NCBI GenBank assembly: GCA_051294375.1
Contig: CM119271.1
Span: 7,296,843 to 7,314,590, forward strand
Source: Paraspadella gotoi
Taxonomy: Eukaryota; Animalia; Chaetognatha
Reading direction: 5' to 3'
Length of the DNA stretch: 17,748 bases
A model generated the notes under the pieces. That model did not search any database and was not told the origin of the DNA. It worked only from the letters and a program-made list of their open reading frames with translations. Of the stretch, positions 11,030 through 17,748 are shown piece after piece. Position numbers and translations under genes: made by a program. Positions within the stretch are counted from its first letter, which is position 1. Every line of letters starts with the position of its first letter.

Positions 11030-11800
11030 CCAGGTTTATTCACAACAGACGAGTATCTGTGGTTTTGCACTAAGGGTCAAGAAAAGGTTTTCCTTGATCC
11101 ACAGTTAATGCGATTAATAGCGATTCCTAAATTAAGAGAGATATAGAATTTTTCCAAAGAGGTCAAAACTTATAGAAAATGGATGTCAGAATTATATAAG
11201 ACGTATTAGATCTACGTTTACCCTGAAATAGGAATTTCTTATCTTAGCAGTTACTCAGTTTTACTCGCTGGCAGGTTATCACAATGGATTTAAAAATCGA
11301 TAACACTTTTTATTAGTAGGTATACGGTTGGGGTTTGGCTATACGGTCTGTAGCGGATTTAGGGCGGTTTTGAATTTTTAAGAAAGAAATATACGTCACG
11401 CAGTTGACAGGTTAGAAACATACGAAATAACAAAGAATAACGAACTAAGGTTTCCATATTTTTTCCGTTTGCTGTACTTTCTTTATTGCGTGTTACGCGG
11501 CAGGTCTTATGGCCGCCTAACTTGGTATGTTGAGTGTCAGGTTGAACAGGTCAGCATCAGGATTTCCAGTAATATCAAGGATTTAGATGCGGATTATTAG
11601 GCGATTTTGGAGATTTTAAGGGAGAAACAAGGTCCCACCAATGTACTTCTCAAACCTAAGAAATAACGAAAGAAGAACTAGCGAGTTGCTTTTGCCAAAT
11701 TTTTTCCCAACTTAAACTTTGAAGAGTTGTTGACGGCAGGTTTCTTATAAAATGGAAAGGAATTTAAGTTTAAACAAGCTTGCCGCGAGATTACATTGAA
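11030..11800 (+). repeat. Diverged ~235-bp tandem triplication, possibly coding
   Basis: GGCAGGT at 11270, 11499 and 11735. A GCG(A/G)TT...TTAAG block at 11120, 11364 and 11601. GAAATAAC(A/G)AA...GAACTA at 11424 and 11660. Confidence 0.55.
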
Positions 11801-12109
11801 GGTAGGGTTGAACTAATTTTTTCTTGCGTTTTGCAAATGGTTGTTAGATGGAGTAACAAGCCCAGACCATAAACCGCCATCAGATATCCGAAATTACAAA
11901 AATGAATCGTTCTTGTTTTTATAAGTTTTTGCGATTTTCGTCGTGATCTTTTTTTCTCAATCGTCTTCTTCTGTCTTCTGTTTTGGTCGTTTCTTGCTTG
12001 TTGTTCTCTTCTTCCACATTGCCTTCAATGTCCATCGTTTTATAAGTCTTACGTCGTAATCGTTGTCTTTCTTAATCATACACGCATGACAACATTTGTG
12101 TCTGATTGT

Positions 12110-12225
12110 TTCTCTCGTCTCTCTCTCTGTCTTTTTTTTCTCTTCTTTTTAATCTCTTTCTCTCTTGTCTCTCTGCTCTCTGTCTCTAATTTCTATCTCC
12201 TTCTCTCCTCTCTCTCTCTCTCTCC
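12110..12225. repeat. CT-rich polypyrimidine tract
   Basis: Directly visible. Confidence 0.85.
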
Positions 12226-12339
12226 TTTAATGAGTTTGTACGGCGAGTCCTCGCGGAGTATACATCTACATAGTCAAGTTGGAATTAAGTTTCGATGGAA
12301 TCGTCCGAGTGAAAAATGAGTTTAAATAAAAAAATTGTT

Positions 12340-13160
12340 TTCACTAATTGATTATGCTTCTTTATATTTTATATTAAATGTAAATACAATATATTAATTT
12401 TATCGAATAATTAATCATGTTAATTAATCAAGCAGTTGAATGATTCAATCAATGGCAATTTATTTATTATTAATAAATTATTCAACCAATGAATTTACTT
12501 AATTAATCAATTCAATCAATCAAATTAAATCATTATTGTAGAAAATTGTTTTATATTTTCTATGCTCAACGCCGGAGACAAACGTAGTATTTCGCCACCT
12601 GTAGAATTTGTTTAAGCGTGAGTCCGCACTGAACTATGAGAAAGAAAGTCGTTATCAAATTTGTTAACTTATATTTACAATAAAACGTCGTTGGAAAATC
12701 GTAAAAAGAGTTTCTTAGCAAGCGAAAGACTTTCGATGAGGACTTTATCAAGGTGACAACTCGGCTTGATCTTCAACGGAAATCATACTCGCAAGAGGTG
12801 TGAAATTGGTTATTGAGAGAGCGTTAAAAAATGCGCAGAAAAGAGTGAAAGAGTGACCGAAGAAAAATTTCATCACAGCGAAACGTCCTTATAAAGGTTA
12901 ACATCTTTCCACTAATTATGCAGGCATTATTGTTGCCATACGCCATCATGCATGCGTCATTGCTCTTTATACGTGGTGCAGACCTAAAAAACAAATATGT
13001 GGATGCAAAATTAATTAATTGTTAATTGATTAATTTGACTAATTAATTTTAGCTTAAAATTAATATAAGCTTTTAATAAGTTTAATGTGGAACTGCCACT
13101 CAAAAGATTTTTTTTAAATAAACCTTTTTAAAAGATTTAATTTAAATTAATTAAATATAT
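12340..13160. repeat. Two very AT-rich TAAT/AATT/CAAT low-complexity tracts (~12340-12545, ~13008-13160) flanking a higher-complexity core
   Basis: Recurrent ttaattaatc, caatcaat and taattaatt motifs. Confidence 0.7.
12690..12895 (+). CDS. Possible frameshifted exon, product unknown
   Basis: Protein-like segments in shifting frames (EFLSKRKTFDEDFIKVTTRLDLQRKSYSQEV / KLVIERALKNAQKRVKE) between AT-rich intron-like tracts. Splice sites not established. Confidence 0.25.
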
Positions 13161-13539
13161 ACCGCTAAATATGAATTCGTGGGCAGATACCGGCAAATTG
13201 TTTGTTCAAACTTGGTTCATCACTAAATAGAATTAAACAAATAGAAATAAGAATAAGAAATAAGAATAAAAAACTAAGAATATAAGAAAAAAGAAAAAAT
13301 CAAGAAGAAAGCGAAATGTGAAAATTAAACGTTTGAAAATATACGAAGAGTCAGCCGCCTTCGGGCGAGCGCACGCGCATTGGAATTACCTTTGTTCTTG
13401 TTTCTTTTCGCGTCTTTCTTTCCTTTTTTTTATATCGCCTCTCTGGGATCTGTCGTCTCTCCATCTATCTGTCTCTTGGTTAGGCGAGCCTGGCGCCGGC
13501 GTCTTTTTTTTTGTCTTCTCATTATTACATGGAAAAGGA

Positions 13540-13700
13540 GAGGAATCAAACGCTAAACCCAAAGCAAGAATCGGATCGAAAAGGATCGGGCAAATCCGGC
13601 TCGCGGAATCGCGGAAAGAACCAGTCGAAATAGAATCATGATTGGTTCAATTTGGTCAATGGCGGTACGAAATCGGGAATCGCCAATCAGCTGCAGACTC
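13540..13700. promoter_or_regulatory. Promoter-like site with opposed CCAAT boxes and a YY1-like motif
   Basis: TGATTGG 13639-13645, CCAATCAG 13683-13690 and AATGGCGG 13658-13665 in a CpG-rich patch within AT-rich DNA. Confidence 0.4.
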
Positions 13701-14248
13701 TTGCCTTGCGCTCGACTCCTCTCATAGAATATAGAATAGAACGTAATGTAGCTTTCCTTTAGTTTCTACTGTAGGTTAGTTTTTTCTTTCTGTCTATCGT
13801 TTTACAATAGTTTAATTAATTCTGAAAGTGAAAACAGGCTGACGAATGTGGAACATAGGAGAAAGGGACAATGAGGAGAGTCCATCCAGTAACCAAGCAA
13901 AAAGTGACTAAGTCTTATTTGATAATTGTAGTCTTTAATAATCTATTTTCTTGTAAAAAAATATTTTGTATAAGATTTAATAGGGCGAAACAAAAATTAT
14001 GCTAAAAATACAATACAAAAGTGTATGTATAAATGAATGATAAATCTTAATGAATTTTATTTAAATGATTGATGTCATTATTATTGTAAGACTAAAAAGT
14101 AAAATATTTAGAGATAGTTTTTCTCGAGTATTACGGTGTAATTAGTAAATTGGTGATAGCAAAATCGCGAGGTGGGTTGGGATCGTTTGGCGAGATTCCT
14201 TAACGCATCTTGAGAAAAGCATTAAAGGATAAAACCATGACACCCACA

Positions 14249-15167
14249 GAGATAGGGACGGGACTCGAGGAAGGAGGCGAGGGCGTTAACACTGGAGGCG
14301 GCGCCCAGCGACTTTTTTCAAAAAAAAATATAACATTGTGTATTATGAGATAGGCGGACGGGGAAAGGAGGCAGCGGGCGTTAAACGCTGGACGGCCGTG
14401 CTTTTTCTTTTCAAAATATAACATTGTGTATGAGAAGGCGGACCGAGGAAGGAGCAGGGCGTTAACCTGGGAGGCGCCTTTTTCAAAAATATAACATTGT
14501 GTATGAAGATGAGGCGGACCGAGGGAAGGAGCAGGGGCGTTAACACGCTGGAGGCCCCCCTTTTTCAAAAATATACAACATTGTGTATGAAGAATAGGAA
14601 CGGCACCGAGGAAGGAGCAAGGGAGCGTTAAACCGACCTGGAGGGCCACTTTTCAAAATATAGAAATTGTGGTTGAAGATAGGGCGGACCGAGGAAGGAG
14701 GCAGAGCGTCTAACGCTGGAGGGCCGCCTTTTTCAAAATATTAACATTCCGTCGAGGCCGAGATAGTGCGGCCATCAGCGAGGAAGGAGCCAGGGCGTTA
14801 ACATACTGGAGGCCCGCTTTTTTCAAAATATAACATTGTGTAGTGAGATAGGGCGGACCGAGGAAGGGAGGGCAGGCGGGCGTTAACGGAATGGAGGCCC
14901 TTTTTCAATAATTATAGCAATTGTGAGTGTATAAGAGATAGGCGGACGCGAGGAAGGAGCAGGGCGTTAACGCTGTGGAGGCCCTTTTTCCTTCAAAAAA
15001 TATAACATTGTGTATGAGATAGGCGGACCGAGGAAGGAGCAGGGCGTTAACTGGAGGCCCTTTTTCAAGAATAGTAACATTGTGTATGAGTAGGAGGCGG
15101 AGGACCGAGGAAGGAAGCAGGGCGTTAAAACTGGAAGGCCCATTTTTTCAAAAAATATAACATTGTG
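14249..15167. repeat. Tandem minisatellite, ~11 copies of a ~72-bp unit
   Basis: Consensus by eye: ATAACATTGTGTATGAGATAGGCGGACCGAGGAAGGAGCAGGGCGTTAACGCTGGAGGCCCTTTTTCAAAAT. TAACATT-like anchors at 14331, 14419, 14492, ~14576, 14661, 14742, 14831, ~14915, 15003, 15075 and 15158 (spacing 72-89, with the excess from scattered insertions). Confidence 0.95.
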
Positions 15168-15907
15168 GGGGGGGGCTGCGGCGGTTGTGAGAGAGGCATT
15201 TTTTAAGAGAGTAATTTACCGTTTGTTTGTACGATAACAAAAAAAAAAAAAAAACAAAACAAGAAAAACAATCTGCGAGTAAAACGACGAAAACAAAATC
15301 AGAAGAGAAAGAAAAGAAAATGTAGCCGTTTTGTTTGCTTTTAGTTTGTTTGTTTGTTTTTTTTTCTCAGAGAAGAGGAATGCCCGATGAAGCTCAGTTG
15401 AGGAGTAAGGAAGAGGGCGGATGAAAGGGCGTAAGGGAGGGAGGGATCTTTTTTTTCGCCCCACGCCCCCCGACTCACTTTAAATAAAAATAAATAAATT
15501 AAAAAAGTTTAAAAAAAAAAAAACTAAAAAAAAAAAAAAAAAACTGACCAAAAAAAAATTTGTTAAAAAAAACCTTTTAAAAAAAAATCAGAGAATCACA
15601 CGGTAATCGACGTTTCGGGAATCAATCACGGAAAAAAAAAAAACAGGCAAAGGCAGGAGGAGTCCCGAATTCGCCATTCGATTTCAGAATGCCGCTGGAC
15701 CAAGAACGCCAATCCGTCCGCTCCCTGAGACCGCCGTCAACCTCTTAATCTCCGCTCCCCTCGCTCGCGCCCCCGCCCCAGCCACGCTCGAACTGCAGCA
15801 AAAACACAAAGTCCACAGTTGTTAGGGATCGAACCAAATGCGCGGTCGAACCCGCGCGGAAGGGCCCTTTGAAAAAAAAAAAAAAAAGACCCCGCGGGGC
15901 GCACGCG

Positions 15908-15910
<3 letters not shown>

Positions 15911-15947
<37 letters not shown>

Positions 15948-16275
15948 TAGAGAGGGGGAGAGAGAGAGAGATGAGAAGAGAGACGGAGTCGTGAATTGGC
16001 GCACCAGAGTGGTCGCTGTTGCAATTCGATCGCGAAAAAGTATGGTGCCACGGTCATAGCCGCCGGAGCGCATAGTGTAAGATTATCGGGATGTGAGAAA
16101 AAAACCGTAACTGGGTTTTCGGATCTCCAAACTCTCTCTCTGCTCTCTCTCTGTCTGCATGTCTCTCTCTCTCCTCTCTTCGTCCTCTCTCTCGTCTCTT
16201 CTCTCTCTTCTCTCTCTCCTCTCTCATCTCTCTCTTTCTCCACTCTCTCTCGTCGTGTCTCTGTTTCTCTCTCTC
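15911..16275. repeat. (GA)n tract (15911-15982) and complementary (CT)n tract (16131-16275)
   Basis: Directly visible. Confidence 0.92.
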
Positions 16276-16336
16276 GATCATTGAAGGGAGGGAGAAACCA
16301 GATCGACGGAATAAGTAATGAATTTAGCTCCGGCAC

Positions 16337-16356
16337 GTCACGTGACTGATTTGCAT
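16337..16356. promoter_or_regulatory. E-box palindrome adjacent to an octamer motif
   Basis: GTCACGTGAC 16337-16346 and ATTTGCAT 16349-16356. Confidence 0.3.
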
Positions 16357-16380
16357 AAGCTCTGGAGCCGGTGGTTGGTT

Positions 16381-16415
16381 GTCGTTCGTCGTCGTTCGTC
16401 GTCGTTCGTCGTCGT
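16381..16415. repeat. (GTCGTTCGTC)3.5 perfect 10-bp tandem repeat, cut by a gap
   Basis: Directly visible. Confidence 0.9.
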
Positions 16416-16564
16416 NNNNNNNNNNNNNNNNNNNNNNNNNNNNNNNNNNNNNNNNNNNNNNNNNNNNNNNNNNNNNNNNNNNNNNNNNNNNNNNNNNNNN
16501 NNNNNNNNNNNNNNNNNNNNNNNNNNNNNNNNNNNNNNNNNNNNNNNNNNNNNNNNNNNNNNNN
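16416..16564. other. Assembly gap (149 N)
   Basis: Run of N. Confidence 0.99.
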
Positions 16565-17562
16565 GAAGAGAATCGAGAGGGGGGAGTAGTTTTGGGAATG
16601 GAAGAGGGTTGTGAGGCGTTAGTGTAAGGGGAGTGGAAGATAAAAAAACAAAAATCAAGCTGTGACGAAGTGGGTTGAAATTCTAGGTAGCGAAGAAGCC
16701 AGGAGTAGCGCTACGAAAGATAAATAAAGCTCTGGAAAATCCCCCCCACCCGGCTTCACACCATCCCCCCCCCAGCCTCTCTACTAGACACTCAACACCC
16801 CCACCGAGCTCTGGACTGAGTCGCTGTGGCGCTCAGGCACTCCAATCTCCGAAGGCGACCCTCCCTTCGATTTCCGCGCGAAGATAATGGAAAAAACCTG
16901 CGAAAATAAACCGAAAGCATCTTTGTCTCTCTACTATATTTCGTTTTCCTCTTTGTCGCTCTTTCTTTCTTTCTTTCTTTCCTTTTTTTTCTCCGCCTTT
17001 TCCTTACTCTTTCTTTCTCCCTTTTCTCCCTATTTTTTCTCTACTCCTTATTTTCTTTCTCCCCTTTTCTTTTCCTTGGGGGGCGCGACAAGAGGAAGTG
17101 CAGGATGGACGCCGTAAGAAATTACACATTGAATCGAAGGAAAACCCTGTGTTTATGGGAACGCCCGTACAAAAAACAATGTCCGAGCCCCGATTTAAAA
17201 TTCCAGAAAAACAAAATGTTATTATGATTAGAAAGAAAAAATTCGATCTCTATTTTTACCATAACGAGAGAGTCTCGTCAAAATAGATTTCTCTTTTTTA
17301 AATAGGTTTTAATTTTTAAAAATAGTGTTGGGTTTTTTTTTTTGTTTTTTTAGTTTGTACTGGAGTTTTTGAGGCCCAGTCGAACGTCAGATCGGTGCAT
17401 AGTCGAAGGGAAATTTGAGGGGGGGGGGGCGGCGAAGATGCCGTCTTTTTATATTCGGTTCAGTAACTTAAAGCGCGGAGGCGGAAAAAATTCCCCGGTG
17501 AGAACCCCGAAAAAGGAAGAGATGAGAGATATGGAGGGAGGGAGGGAAAGCAACTGTCTACT

Positions 17563-17617
17563 GAGAGAGAGAGAGAGAGAGCAGAGAGAGAGAGAAGAGA
17601 GATCGAGCAGAGGAGAG
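17563..17617. repeat. Imperfect (GA)n microsatellite
   Basis: Directly visible. Confidence 0.85.
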
Positions 17618-17748
17618 ATGGCGACGGACGACGGAGCCCAGCCAACAAAAAAAAAAAAATAAATAGAATAAATAAAAACCCAAAAAAAATAAAAATAAAA
17701 TCTGTCGGAAAAGCAGAATGTTAAAAGACCCCAAAAAAAGAGGAGAGC

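Noticed and set aside
13839-13865. Hammerhead ribozyme core (CTGACGA...GAAA)
   Set aside because: Stem II does not abut GAAA, and no stems I/III were found.
15022-15045. Resemblance of GGCGGACCGAGGAAGGAGCAGGGC to SRP RNA helix 8 (CAGG..GNRA..AGCAG)
   Set aside because: It lacks the 5' CAGG and a proper GNRA-capped stem, and no other SRP RNA helices are present.
14249-15167. CRISPR array
   Set aside because: The whole unit repeats with no unique spacers, there are no cas genes, and the context is eukaryotic.
15737-16658. Overlapping ORFs up to 199 aa
   Set aside because: They are driven by microsatellites and the N gap, with no recognisable domain.
17614-17645. Possible start ATGGCGACGGACGAC (MATDDGAQP) with a YY1-like context
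   Set aside because: It runs straight into an A-rich tract at the window edge; support is insufficient.

Overview
This window looks like eukaryotic genomic scaffold of poor consensus quality. It has four N gaps (100, 25, 804 and 149 nt), many (CT)n/(GA)n tracts and homopolymers, abundant CpG, and repeat copies that differ mostly by small indels, as in unpolished long-read gap filling. I recognise no gene family, rRNA, tRNA, CRISPR array or transposase, and nearly all listed ORFs are translations of microsatellites or gaps. Well-supported structures are an 11-copy ~72-bp tandem array (14249-15167), a triplicated ~550-bp AT-rich unit (1020-2840) and a ~139-bp direct repeat (208-465). Weaker inferences are a probable multi-exon + strand gene with an E-box/ETS/CRE-rich promoter and acidic first exon (8600-9800), a Thr-rich coding-like tract (7721-8266), a CCAAT/YY1 promoter-like site (13540-13700), and a diverged ~235-bp triplication (11030-11800) with codon-like conservation resembling tandem winged-helix domains. 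I cannot demonstrate a new biological system; the last item and the 72-bp array are the best candidates for follow-up.
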